Source: Eledone cirrhosa (lineage: Eukaryota). Taken from it: DNA of 64,000 nt. Under the pieces are notes generated by a model. That model saw nothing but the letters and a program-made list of their open reading frames with translations, ran no database searches and had not been told where the DNA came from. Each line of letters begins with the position of its first letter. The first letter of the stretch is position 1. A program made the translations under genes and the position numbers. The stretch lies in contig OZ024746.1 of the NCBI GenBank assembly GCA_964016885.1, forward strand, positions 88,660,001-88,724,000, read 5' to 3'. This document shows, piece after piece, positions 15,814 to 26,970 of this stretch.

Positions 15814-16435
15814 CGTGTGTTGTGTTTCCTAATTGGTGGCAGAAGGCTTTGTTAGGAAGATTATATATACACACACACACACATAAGTATATGAATATTT
15901 ATATTTGTGTGTGTATGTGTGTGAGTGTATGTGTGCCTATGTCTAAGCGTATGGGTCTATATTCTTCCCTATTCCCGTGTGTTTATTTGATTATGTTCTG
16001 TGTGTTTGTACATATAATATAGAAAATCATTGAATTTGTTTCCGAGTTTCTGTTCATAATTGATCTGAGGAAAAGTTATCAAATGTGTTATCAAATCTGT
16101 ATCTAATGCGATATTATAGTAAAATCCGAAGCGATAATTACATATCACTGGCATTCTATGTCATAGTAATTTGTAACATAGTTAAATATATGGTATCGTC
16201 ACCAACTTGCAAGTCTGTAAATGAAGGTGTTTGCAGTTATATTCCGAAAAATGGCTTCAGTTCTGACAAAAATATACGAAAAGTAAAACCTATGTAGTTT
16301 GTCTGCTGTATCTATAGTGTAATTATTTATTATTTGAAATACATACATAAAAATTATATACTCTCTCTCCATCTCCATCTCCCCCTCCCTGTGTGTGTTT
16401 GTGTCGTTTCTCTTCATCTCTTTTGCTCTTTCCTA

Positions 16436-16509
<74 letters not shown>

Positions 16510-16578
16510 TATATATATAATAAACATGTATACATATATATTATAAATATATATATATATATACATACATATATACCA

Positions 16579-16653
<75 letters not shown>

Positions 16654-17171
16654 CATTTACGTATATATACTAAGATAACATATAATGTAAGTATGTAAAT
16701 GGATGTGGGTATGTGCATATGTGTATATGTGCGGGCGTGTGTCCCTGAATTAACGACATAATACTACTTGGAATCTATGTTTATATGGGAATCCTATAAA
16801 CTGTATTTAACACAAATAAATTAATCTCGCTCTGAAGTTATTAACTGTATATGAGTCAGGATAAGTTGTTTAGTAGCCGAGAAAGTGAAGTTGGTGGACG
16901 TGATAGGATTTTTTTAAACTCTCAAGTTAAACAACAAGTCGTATTTATATATACTTTATCAGCTGTGCTCGTATTGAATATCACTAATCATGTTATATTA
17001 TATAACATTATACTATATATTTATCATGCATTTATTACATGATATATTATATTATATTTAATTACAGTATTTTATCCTACACATTTAGTTTCGGGTAGGT
17101 TTTCGTTTCACATTACGGCTGTTAGATGACCTTCAATAAAACATAAAATATAATATGTGTTCATTATCTAT

Positions 17172-17281
17172 AATCCCGCCGAGGTTAACTTTGCCTTTCA
17201 TCCTTATGGGGTCGATAAAATAAAGTACCAGTAATGTACTGGGTAATTGCTGGCCTTGTGCCAAAAGTAGAAACAATTATC
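17172..17281 (+). mobile_element. tRNA-derived SINE fragment with Nin/Deu-like domain
   Basis: AATCCCGCCGAGGTTAACTTTGCCTTTCATCCTT..GGGGTCGATAAAATAAAGTACCAGT...GCTGGCCTTGTGCC; recurs at 20765, 38560, 41085 and 45848. Confidence 0.8.
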
Positions 17282-17539
17282 TATATTCATTTAGGTTTTT
17301 GGATTTAGTGCATATATCTCGAACACCATAGTGCTTTACAGTTTCATTGAATATACCTGTGGAATCAGACGTTTCTATTCCCATTTTACTGGCGGTGTTG
17401 AAGATTTCTCTCATAATTATCATGGCACCATGATAACCTCTATATCCTTAAATCTTTTGACAAGCTTGGAATACATCAAAATAAAACATGTGTTATCAAT
17501 TGGTTCACGTCGACAATATTGAAGTATGTGAATACAGAT

Positions 17540-17982
17540 GGCATATATATATATTTGAATTTCGTATTTCAGAAGAAATACGCTATGTTAAAAATAAACA
17601 TTTCGAGAGCCGTAACTATGCCAAAACACCTGCGACTAACACCATCTCGCGTTGTCCACCACAAGCAAGGGGGGCAATCGTAGATGTGCATTTCGAATTG
17701 AACTGGATCTCATCTGCATGATTCCTTCCACTCTTGCAACTGCTAGACTTTGAAAACAGGCGAGAATATATGGTTTTCTCGACTGTGTAAATGAGGAGAT
17801 TAATCTCATTTGCATATGAAGCTTTATAAGTTGGCTGCACTTATAATAGAATAGAATTACAACTTAGCTTCAGGCATAGCTGTGTACATATATGTATTGG
17901 AATTTCATATTTCAGAAGAGACACTGTACGTTTAAAATAAATTCGATTACATACATGTATGCCTGAAGCTAAATTGTAATTC

Positions 17983-17990
<8 letters not shown>
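17540..17990 (-). mobile_element. Penelope-like pLTR remnant, same family as 61250-61960
   Basis: Degenerate minus-strand hammerhead (CAGATGA...GAAAT-GCAC-ATC-TACGAT, ~17675-17722). Inverted repeat ~17851-17888 / ~17951-17985. Confidence 0.55.
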
Positions 17991-18051
<61 letters not shown>

Positions 18052-19140
18052 TCAGCTATCTTCAACAGTATGTCCTCATCAGATAAAATAAGATGATGCA
18101 TGACATACCTGATTAAGTAGATGGTCAAGATTCAGTCATAGCAGTGAATACGATATACAAAATTCAATATTTATATACCTTAAGATTGAGACATGAAAAC
18201 ATTACATATAATACAGAGGGTGCGTGTGAGGAAGCTTATAAAAATACATAGTAACAACCAACTACTAATATAATAGAAATTTACATAACTGTTAGAGATT
18301 CAAATAATTTAAATAATTGAACAAAGAAGAAAGACAGAGAGAGAAACAGATGAGGAAAAAGTTAGTTACTAGAAGTTTAGAAATATATTATGCACGAAAG
18401 CAAAAGAGAATTGATTAAGGATAGAGAGACAAGGTAGAAGGATTGTTATAGTATAATGCATAGGGTGGAAGATGTGTATTGTGGTGGATAAATAGCGTAT
18501 AATTAGATGATGCAAAAATATATATATATATTAAAAAATAAATAAGGTACATTTGGGCATAGCTTTGTGAATGAATAATTTCGAATCGTTGAATTATCTA
18601 GAAATAATCAATCAATCAAAATATCAAATATATCTGGGTGTAGTTATATGAGGGTTTAATTTCTAGTCCTTCAGTTAATTAGAAATAGACTATTAATCAA
18701 ATATATATATCCAAATGTATTCGGATGACCGTTAAATTTCGAATCATTTATGTTAGTTCAAAATAGTGAATTAATCGAAAGGTATTATATTTCGGGCTAT
18801 GGAAATTTATAAGTATTTATATTATAATATAATATCATATTTAAAGTATTTGCTAACATGAGAAAGAAGAGACATAATATTTTCTTCATCTCGAAGGTAA
18901 TCCATATTAAATTATATTACTTTTTAAAATATAATTTAATATATATATGTCAGTACTTCTGAAATGTGTATAATAAAATATAGTTAATCACACGAATGTC
19001 TAATTTTGTTAATATTTTGAATAAATATTAATAACTCCGGAAAACCAAATATGTGGAGTGCTTCCAATCTATTGTAAAACATTATTCTTTGATTTATTCA
19101 TTGAACCTTGTTTAACCTTTAAATATATATATATATATAT

Positions 19141-19915
19141 ATAAATTAGCGAGAATCGTATTTCGGCTTTGGAATTAGCGAAAAACAACTTCCGAGATGT
19201 GTGGCAAGCGCTCAATAATTCTGACGAACCAGAGCTACAACATACGTTAAAGGCCAAACATACTGAGACGATGGTTAAACGGTCATCTGCACAGCCATAG
19301 AAACGACCAGGTAATTCGGGTCAAAGAAATAAAAAAATATGTGATTGAAAAATTTACCCGGGCCCCTGGAAGGTTCGTAAAATCCAGCATTTGGGTTTCT
19401 GCGACTCGTAAATCAAGTATTGTCCTCTAAGACAAATAATGTTAGGCTTCTGGTAAGATAATTGAACAAGGAAGTCACTTTCTCAACAGGTTTTAGTTCA
19501 AGTGCCAGGCGAAGGAATGACCATTACCGATACCCACGTGGGGCTCGACAAGGGAGGCAACCCTTATTTTAGGCGGATGAAATTCAGTATGTGTATATTA
19601 TTGCAAAAATGTAACATATCACAAAACGAATTAAGCTCTAAACAAAAGCTATTCATCAGTCAATGGAATCAACTAAAAAAATCAAGAAAATTAACTGGTC
19701 AATAGCTAGACTCTGGAGATTAATACAAATATAAATTAGTGAGAATCGTATTTCGGCTTTGGAATTAGCGAAAAACAACTTCCGAGATGTGTGGCAAGCG
19801 CTCAATAATTCTGACGAACCAGGGCTACAACATACGTTAAAGGCCAAACACACTGAGACGATGGTTAAACCGTCATCCGCATAGCCATAGAAACGACCAA
19901 GTAATTCGGGTCAAA
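19141..19915. repeat. Direct repeat pair (~185 bp, 590 bp apart), probable PLE partial tandem
   Basis: 19141-19325 and 19731-19915 are nearly identical; a diverged inverted relative lies at ~33435-33555. Confidence 0.8.
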
Positions 19916-20238
19916 TATATACATATAATAATAGGTATCGAACCAATAGTCTATCATATTCACTCTAAATACGGCACCAATTATACTGAGTTGACAAAGC
20001 CCACATATGTTAATTTTTTTTAAAACCTTTTTTTCCATAGCTGGTGCTCTGTCATAAGTTATACAGTAAACTGTATACTGGTACCGGAAATGTTTTCCCT
20101 TAGCAAACTATACTGATTTCACCGTGTTTATACCAATAACATTTAAAATTACTATGCATGGCGATGTCAAATTATTATTTTACCCTCATAGAGTCTGTAA
20201 TTAAAAACTTTGCTTTTAATTGATGCCTCCGATGAGCA

Positions 20239-20581
20239 TTCGATTCCAGGTGTCTGCGAAAGATCCTGGCGATTAAATGGAGCGAATATGTAAGAAACCA
20301 GGAAGTCACGAACCGCACCAACCAGCAGCTAGTCTCTTCTACCATCTGCAAGCTGGTTTGGACACGCTTTGAGGCTTCCCCCGGAAAGACTGGTGAACCA
20401 CGTATTTAAATGGAGCACGCAGGGAAGCAGACGGTGAGGGCTACCCAATCTGAACTGGCGTCAGACAGTTGAGAGGGACCTGCGAGTGACAAACAAACAA
20501 TGGCGGGGGCTGCTGACCGAACGCGATGGAACACTATGATTGCCTCATGCGTCGCAAGACGCGGGAGCTTCTGAGTCTGAG
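20239..20581 (+). mobile_element. 5'-truncated RTE-clade LINE with 11-bp target-site duplication
   Basis: Translates FDSRCLRKILAIKWSEYVRNQEV... and ends in a (CTGAGT)n tail. Flanked by TCCGATGAGCA at 20228-20238 and 20582-20592. Confidence 0.85.
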
Positions 20582-20672
20582 TCCGATGAGCACCGTTGAA
20601 CGAAACCCGTGTAGGAGCTATAGAAAGATATATTTTAAATTATTTTAACTCTTTCATTCACTAATTGCTTTT

Positions 20673-20716
<44 letters not shown>

Positions 20717-20764
20717 TACATATATATATATATATGTATGTATAATGTTATGTCCCTTTTACGA

Positions 20765-20886
20765 TTTGAGTTCAAATCCCGCCGAGGTTAACTTTGCCTT
20801 TCATCCTTACGGGGTCGATAAAATAAAGTACCAGTAATACACTCGGTAATTGCTGGCCTTGTGCCAAAAGTAGAAACAATTATTAT
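20765..20886 (+). mobile_element. tRNA-derived SINE (Nin/Deu-like domain)
   Basis: B-box-like GAGTTCAAATCC plus CCTTTCATCCTT..GGGGTCGATAAAATAAAGTACCAGT. Confidence 0.8.
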
Positions 20887-21460
20887 GAAGAATGTTTCTC
20901 GCTTTAATAGAGATTCAGAACTACTTTCTTATTTACTTCGTTGTTAAGAATTCAATATTTGTATTTTGGTCGGTGTGTGGACGTTAATTTAGTAATTATT
21001 ATTTTCTAAAATATAGTGTTTTACTAAAGGAAAGAAACATTGGTGGTCGTATCTAAAAGGATAGACTCTAAAATCTCTTGTAGATATGAAAATTGATGAT
21101 CAATTCAGTAATAAACAATAATCATTTTCCGTTGCATTGCAGTTGTGTTCCAGTAAATATCTAAATCATATCCATGTGTCATCTTCAGGAACGTATCTCA
21201 GTACTGTTATCATCTCCTTTAATATAATGTCATTCAATGCCCAATGTTCATTAATAGCAAAGTGGAACAAAAGGTAAAAGTTAGTTTCTGCTACGAATAC
21301 TTTTAATACGATCAGCTCCTCTTTGCCTACGTTGATCTTTACAAATATCCTACTGCTCAACACACACACGCGCGCGCGCAAACACACAGACACACATACA
21401 CACACACACACACAAACTCACACACACTCGCACTCACACACACACACACACACACACACA

Positions 21461-21497
21461 TTCTATTCTAAGGCGGTTAAAATTCCCGAGATCCATG
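21461..21497 (-). mobile_element. ~31-nt RTE 3'-terminal stub
   Basis: TCTAAGGCGGTTAAAATTCCCGAGATCCATG is the reverse complement (1 mismatch) of the RTE 3' end at 60190-60220, with a short tail. Confidence 0.7.
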
Positions 21498-22048
21498 AAC
21501 AGAAGGAATGCTAATGGCTACGCAAGAGCAGGCCCTCAAAACGAAGTGGTTGAAACACCATATTTACAAGCAGGAGGCTAGCCCACTGTGCAGGATATGT
21601 GGAGAGAGAGAGGAGACTGTGGCTCACATTGTATCCGAGTGTAAACACCTAGCCCAGACTCACTATAAGGGCTGGAGACATGATGTGATGGGCAGGGTGA
21701 TCCACTGGCACCTATGCAAAGTAAACAATTTACCACATTCTGAGAAGTGGTATGAGCAAAAGCCAGGACTTAAAGTGGGAGGCAAAAAGGACTTGGAACT
21801 TCCATGAAGTCAAAGTGATCCCGATTGTCATGGGCGCCCTAGGGACTATCTCAAAAAGTTTTCAGGGATGGTTAAAGAAAATTGGCCCCTTCACGCTTTT
21901 TGGAACGCTTCAAAAGGCATGCTTGCTGGGAACAGCAAGAACCCTTCGATACGTCCTGAATATCTGAGGCTGCAGGTAGTGGCTTGATATCCATTTCAAC
22001 AAACTTTCCAGTTAACTAACATCAATGACTGAGACTCAAAGAGAAATA
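21497..22048 (+). mobile_element. R4/Dong-type (RLE) non-LTR retrotransposon 3' fragment with internal deletion
   Basis: TEGMLMATQEQAL...CRICGEREETVAHIVSEC (CCHC)...RHD...LQKACLLGTARTLRYVLNI. Lacks the PD..D block present in the 22.3 kb copy and ends in (AAT)n. Confidence 0.85.
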
Positions 22049-22050
22049 AC

Positions 22051-22087
<37 letters not shown>

Positions 22088-22268
22088 TGGGAACTGCCCA
22101 TATACTAAGGAAGATCCTGTCAATATAAGTACATCACAAGTCTAAACACTAAGGATGCATGTGTGAATATGTATGTTCTTTCTTGAACATGGCGGACCTT
22201 GTTGTCTCTTGAGGTCACTGGTTATGACTTGGTGATAACTCGTATAAACATAAAGCAAGATAAATGCA

Positions 22269-22270
<2 letters not shown>
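22088..22270 (+). mobile_element. 3' stub of a second R4/Dong-type family
   Basis: MGTAHILRKILSI* plus a distinct 3' UTR, flanked by (AAT)n on both sides. Confidence 0.65.
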
Positions 22271-22298
<28 letters not shown>

Positions 22299-22300
<2 letters not shown>

Positions 22301-22868
22301 GGGCTGGAGACACGATGTGATGGGCAGGGTGATCCACTGGCACCTGTGCAAAGTAAACAATTTACCACATTCTGAGAAATGGTATGAGCATAGGCCAGAG
22401 GCGGTGATGGACAACAATCAGGTGAAGGTGCTGTGGGATTTTAGGATACAGACGGACAAAAAACTGGAACACAATAGACCTGACCTGGTGGTTGTGGACA
22501 AAGAAAAAAGATCGTGTCTGATTGTGGATGTGGCCTGCCCGTTCGACACGAGAGTGCAAGAGAAGGAGAGGGAGAAAATTAACCGATACCAGGACCTAAA
22601 GTGGGAGGTGAAAAGGATTTGGAACTGCCATGAAGTCAAAGTGATCCCGATTGCCATAGGCGCACTGGGGACTATCTCCAAAAGTTTCCAGGGATGGTTA
22701 AAGAAAATCGGCCCCTTCACGCTTTTTCGAACGCTTCAAAAGGCATGCTTGCTTGGAACAGCAAGAACCCTCCGATACGTCCTGAATATCTGAGGCTGCA
22801 GGTAGTGGCTTGATATTCAATCCAACGGACTTTCCAGTTAACCAACATCAATGACTGAGATTCAAGGA
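22299..22868 (+). mobile_element. R4/Dong-type 3' fragment with intact restriction-like endonuclease
   Basis: RHD...KVLWDFRIQTDKKLEHNRPDLVVVDK...IVDVACPFD...EKINRYQDL, the PD-(D/E)xK RLE. (AAT)n on both sides. Confidence 0.88.
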
Positions 22869-22876
22869 ATAACAAC

Positions 22877-22929
<53 letters not shown>

Positions 22930-23190
22930 TTTCTTTATTAACCACAAGGGTTTACATAAAGTAGACATTAAGGACAGTGCAGGACAATGCAGGACGGTAC
23001 AAATGGGCATTTCTGCGTGTAAAAAAAACAAAAACAGAGGATGTAACAAAAATAACAATGAAAATAACAATGAAAAATTCCCCAATAGGGGGGAGACTTC
23101 GGAGGGACATTTGTGGAGAAAGCCCAGTAAAAAGCCACAATGACCCTGACCACCAAGGCAAGTGCCCTCTCCCAGTTTTCCACCTTTAGT

Positions 23191-25923
23191 TTACAGATAT
23201 ATACTCAGAGTCGGCCCATTCACTCGGGCCATTCTTGCTTCTCTCACCCATCTTTCAACAAAATGCTGGGAAGAGAGCACTTCCCTCTCTACTCTGATTT
23301 TCCTTTTCAAATGAAATTTGAAAAAGTCAATCAGAGCATCACCGAAGAGGTAAGTGCTCGTCTTCAGCCCTTTCAAACGTGTCCACCATACTATCTCTTT
23401 CGCCATGGCCACCAGACAGATAAAAACTGCCTGCCCTTCCCGGCTAAAGGAGGAGGGCGGGGCAATCCTCACGATAGACTCAGATGATAGCTGGATCCGT
23501 CCCAAACGCGACAGCAGGTGTTCGACATAAACCCACAAGTCAGCAATTTTCGGACACTGGACGAGTGCGTGCAGGACGGTTTCGTCGCCCTGCGCGCATC
23601 TCGGACATGCCCGGCTGACGGCACCTCCATGCCTGTAGAGTTTATCCCGAACTGGCAAGGCTCCTCGGTAGCACTGCCAGGCCAGAGATTTCTGGAAGTT
23701 GTCCATAGGCCCTGGCCCGAAAGTTCTTCCGAAGAGATTGGCTAGTTGATTTTCGTCGACGCCTAGAGTTTCCCCAAGTACGTCGTCGCTCTTCCCCTCC
23801 ACTAATCCTCTATAGAACGCCGAGGTGGAGTTTCCACCGATCACATTGCCCGATTGGTCGAGGGCTGTGAGCGCCTGAAGACATTCCAGTCTCCAGGCGC
23901 TCCCTCTCGGTCTTCGCTTGACCCAGGACTGCAGCTCCGTCAAGGAAACGAGCTGGGGAAAAACGCGTCTAGCAAACGGCGACCACACCTGATCACCGTC
24001 GAGGAAGAGGTGGAGATGTCGTAGCCTGAGCGCGTGCCTGCGCATCATCAGCCACGGCATGCCCAGCCCTCCACGTAGCGGGTGTTGACAACAGATGGAC
24101 CGCCTGACCATCGGAGCACGTCCCTTCCACAAAAAGCGAAAGAGCAAACGCTCCAGCGCAGTCAGGCGAGGCTTAGGACAAGGTACGACGGTTAGGCGGT
24201 AGCAGATGACAGACGCGATGTACGCGTTAGCCACCTCCGCTCGACCTTTCAGGGATAGCTTCCTCTCCGCCCATTTCTGGGTGAGAGAAGCCACCCTGCT
24301 CGTCACCTCGTCCCAGTTTTTGTCCGTCTGGAGGTCCGGACCGAACCAGACCCCTAGCAATTTAACCGGTCCGTCCGTCCAGCGCCCGACGACGCTGTTG
24401 GACGGCATGGACCTGCCTCTCCAGGTGCCGAGCTGCAGGCCCACTGACTTTTCCTGGTTGATCATTGCTCCTGTCACCGCTTCGTATTCTCTTAGTGTAG
24501 TGCCGATCGCCTCGATGTGTTTGGCGTTCGACACCACTACGGTGACATCGTCCGCATATGCTGACACGGATCTTCCGCATCCTAGTTCGCGCGGGACTCC
24601 CCTCAACGTCTCCAGTTTGTGCAGTAATGGCTCGAGAGTCAATACGTACAAGAGGGACGAGAGGGGACATCCTTGGCGGACCGAGCGCATGATGTTGAAC
24701 GGTTCCGACAGGTGACCGTTCACTCTCACCACAGAGCAGATGTCGCTGTGCATGGCAGCGATCCAGCCTCTGAAGACGGGCCCAAAGCCAGCCGCCCTCA
24801 GGACTGCCGCTAGGTAACGATGGTCGACCCTATCGAAAGCTTTCGACTGATCTAAATTGATCAAGGACCCACCCGTGCCAGGTTCCCTAGCTACCCTCTC
24901 TACGATGTATCGCATGAGGTGGAGGTTGTCGTGGATGGATCTGTCGGGAATGGCGCATGTCTGCGCCTCTCCCACCAGACCACCAACGACAAGCGCCAAC
25001 CTCTTTGCTAGCACCTTGGCCAAAATCTTAAACTCTGTGTTTAGCAGAGTTATGGGCCGGAAATTGTCTATGTTATCCCCCTTGTTCGGATCCTTTCTCA
25101 GCAGTGCCACCGCTCCTCGGCTCACAGAACTGGGAATTCTCCCGTTCTGTTGCCAGTTGCAGTAGACGTCCGCCAAGAGGCCTCCGAACAAGTCTGGCAT
25201 CTGTACGTAAAGTTCATAGGGCAGACCATCCAAACCAGGCGATTTACCCCTTGTGCAGCCAGTCATTGCCTCCCGTACTTCAGCGGCTGTTATCGGCTTT
25301 TCGCAACACTTCGCCTCAGTGGCCGAGAGCCGCGGCAGTCCGTCGAGGTAGACACTAAAGTCCATCCCTCTACCCGGCCCCCCGCTGCCCCCGAACAGCT
25401 GAGCGAAGTGTCGCTGAAAAGCTTCACACATTTGCCCGGGATCGAGTAGCATGCGCCTGTCGTGGTCCACCAAAGACCGGATCGTGGCTTTGTTGCCACG
25501 ACGCGCCTCCGCCACTCGGGCCCATTGAACGGCTTTCGTCCCCTCGTGTCTGAGAGCACGCACCCTTGCTCTGACAACGCAGCCTTCGTGCTTTGCATTG
25601 AAGAATTGGTCAAGGGCCAATTTCGCCGAAAGCACGTCGGTCGCAATGCCTTTGCTAAGCGCCTCGTCTAATTTTCTAACTAGTTCTCCCTCTGCTCTAT
25701 TTTTCTCTATTGCTAAAGCCTTACTAAACCTAATCGATTCTATTCTAATCGCTCTTTTCAGAGCAAACCACCACTTGTTGTTGACGATGGCCCCCGTCAA
25801 CGCCCGCTTAACTAGTTCGCTAATCCGGTCTCTGTAGGCCTTGCGCGCTGGTAAGGACGCGTTTAGCTTCCAGTAGCCGGGTCCTCGTCTATGAAGCCTA
25901 TCTAAGTCAAACACACAGATCAT
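23191..25923 (-). CDS. Tx1 ORF2 C-terminal part: reverse transcriptase and CCHC zinc finger
   Basis: GPGYWKLN, GKSPGLDGL, NFRPITLLN, DQSKAFDRV, RQGCPLS, YADD, KLLGV, GGLG, CPRC-x8-H-x4-C. Confidence 0.93.
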   Translation of the reverse strand: MICVFDLDRLHRRGPGYWKLNASLPARKAYRDRISELVKRALTGAIVNNKWWFALKRAIRIESIRFSKALAIEKNRAEGELVRKLDEALSKGIATDVLSAKLALDQFFNAKHEGCVVRARVRALRHEGTKAVQWARVAEARRGNKATIRSLVDHDRRMLLDPGQMCEAFQRHFAQLFGGSGGPGRGMDFSVYLDGLPRLSATEAKCCEKPITAAEVREAMTGCTRGKSPGLDGLPYELYVQMPDLFGGLLADVYCNWQQNGRIPSSVSRGAVALLRKDPNKGDNIDNFRPITLLNTEFKILAKVLAKRLALVVGGLVGEAQTCAIPDRSIHDNLHLMRYIVERVAREPGTGGSLINLDQSKAFDRVDHRYLAAVLRAAGFGPVFRGWIAAMHSDICSVVRVNGHLSEPFNIMRSVRQGCPLSSLLYVLTLEPLLHKLETLRGVPRELGCGRSVSAYADDVTVVVSNAKHIEAIGTTLREYEAVTGAMINQEKSVGLQLGTWRGRSMPSNSVVGRWTDGPVKLLGVWFGPDLQTDKNWDEVTSRVASLTQKWAERKLSLKGRAEVANAYIASVICYRLTVVPCPKPRLTALERLLFRFLWKGRAPMVRRSICCQHPLRGGLGMPWLMMRRHALRLRHLHLFLDGDQVWSPFARRVFPQLVSLTELQSWVKRRPRGSAWRLECLQALTALDQSGNVIGGNSTSAFYRGLVEGKSDDVLGETLGVDENQLANLFGRTFGPGPMDNFQKSLAWQCYRGALPVRDKLYRHGGAVSRACPRCAQGDETVLHALVQCPKIADLWVYVEHLLSRLGRIQLSSESIVRIAPPSSFSREGQAVFICLVAMAKEIVWWTRLKGLKTSTYLFGDALIDFFKFHLKRKIRVEREVLSSQHFVERWVREARMARVNGPTLSIYL

Positions 25924-26606
25924 TTGTGGTCCGTGTAGCTGACTATCTTGAATCGTGGACAGCCTATGCTAGACCTATCTATTTCCCTACAAAATACTCT
26001 ATCTAGATATGATCTGGATGACCCTATGCGGTTTGTCCAAGTCCACATTGGCACATTCGGGAAATCCAATCGGTACCTGTCAGACAGTTCAAAACGCCTG
26101 AGCAGGTTGGTGAGTCTCTTGCACCCTCCACCCCTATCCGCTAATCCCACACAGTCCCAGCGTGTATCTAAGATCCCGTTCCAGTCGCCCACTAACACTA
26201 AAGAGCGGGACGTTCCAAGAAAGGTCTCCAGACGCCGGAAGAAATCAGGCCGCCCTGCTCCTGTCGGGGCATAGACGGCCACTAGCCTGAAAGCTTGCCC
26301 GTCTCCGCTGGTCACGTCCAGCACCACCAGCTTACCCTCTGGGTCCAGGAAGATGGCCCGTATGGCGAGATCCAAACCTCTCCGAAAAAGCACAGCAACT
26401 CCTCCACCCGATCCAGGACGGCTGGGAGATGCGTACACATCGTAGCCACCGAAGATCGGTGCGAAGGCCCGTGCTTCGGAGATTCTGGTCTCGCTGATGG
26501 CCACTACATCTATGTTTAGTGACCTGAGGTCGTTGAGCAGGTGACCCTGCTTCAATGACGACCCCAAGCCACGCGCATTTATGCTGCCTATTCTGAGTGA
26601 GGTCAT
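25920..26606 (-). CDS. Tx1 ORF2 N-terminal part: APE-type endonuclease (frameshifted from the RT)
   Basis: SINARGL, ISETR, GGGVAVL, VYAP, GDWN, WTW, SYLDRV, TDH. Stop codon overlaps the next ATG (ATGA). Confidence 0.92.
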   Translation of the reverse strand: MTSLRIGSINARGLGSSLKQGHLLNDLRSLNIDVVAISETRISEARAFAPIFGGYDVYASPSRPGSGGGVAVLFRRGLDLAIRAIFLDPEGKLVVLDVTSGDGQAFRLVAVYAPTGAGRPDFFRRLETFLGTSRSLVLVGDWNGILDTRWDCVGLADRGGGCKRLTNLLRRFELSDRYRLDFPNVPMWTWTNRIGSSRSYLDRVFCREIDRSSIGCPRFKIVSYTDHK

Positions 26607-26970
26607 GTTTAAAATAGAGTGGAAAAGATGGGAAAGACCACTTACCGTACTTTTGGTAGAGGAGGGATGGTTTTTACATCCCTTTTCACTTGATCGTCTG
26701 GTGAAGGGACCGTTGAATCGTCCCTTCGGCTGGTCGTCGGCTCTTCTAAGAGAATGTCTGAATTTACTCTTCGATTGATAGTTCCTCCGAGGTCCCTGAA
26801 ATCACCAACTGCGTTGGGGAATTTCGTTTTAATGTTTGTGTATTGTTTCTGTGCTATTTTTAGCAATCTTATGTTAGTTGGCGTTTTGATTGGTGCTGGT
26901 ATTATGTAGTCCTGTTGTGAAATGTCTGTGTGTTCAATTATGTAAGTCATTAGTTTCTTGTTGTGTGTAT

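Noticed and set aside
18055-18090. Isolated CTGATGA boxes (also ~19655, ~52687, ~54983)
   Set aside because: No properly placed GAAA, stem III and stem I could be folded, so these were not counted as hammerheads.
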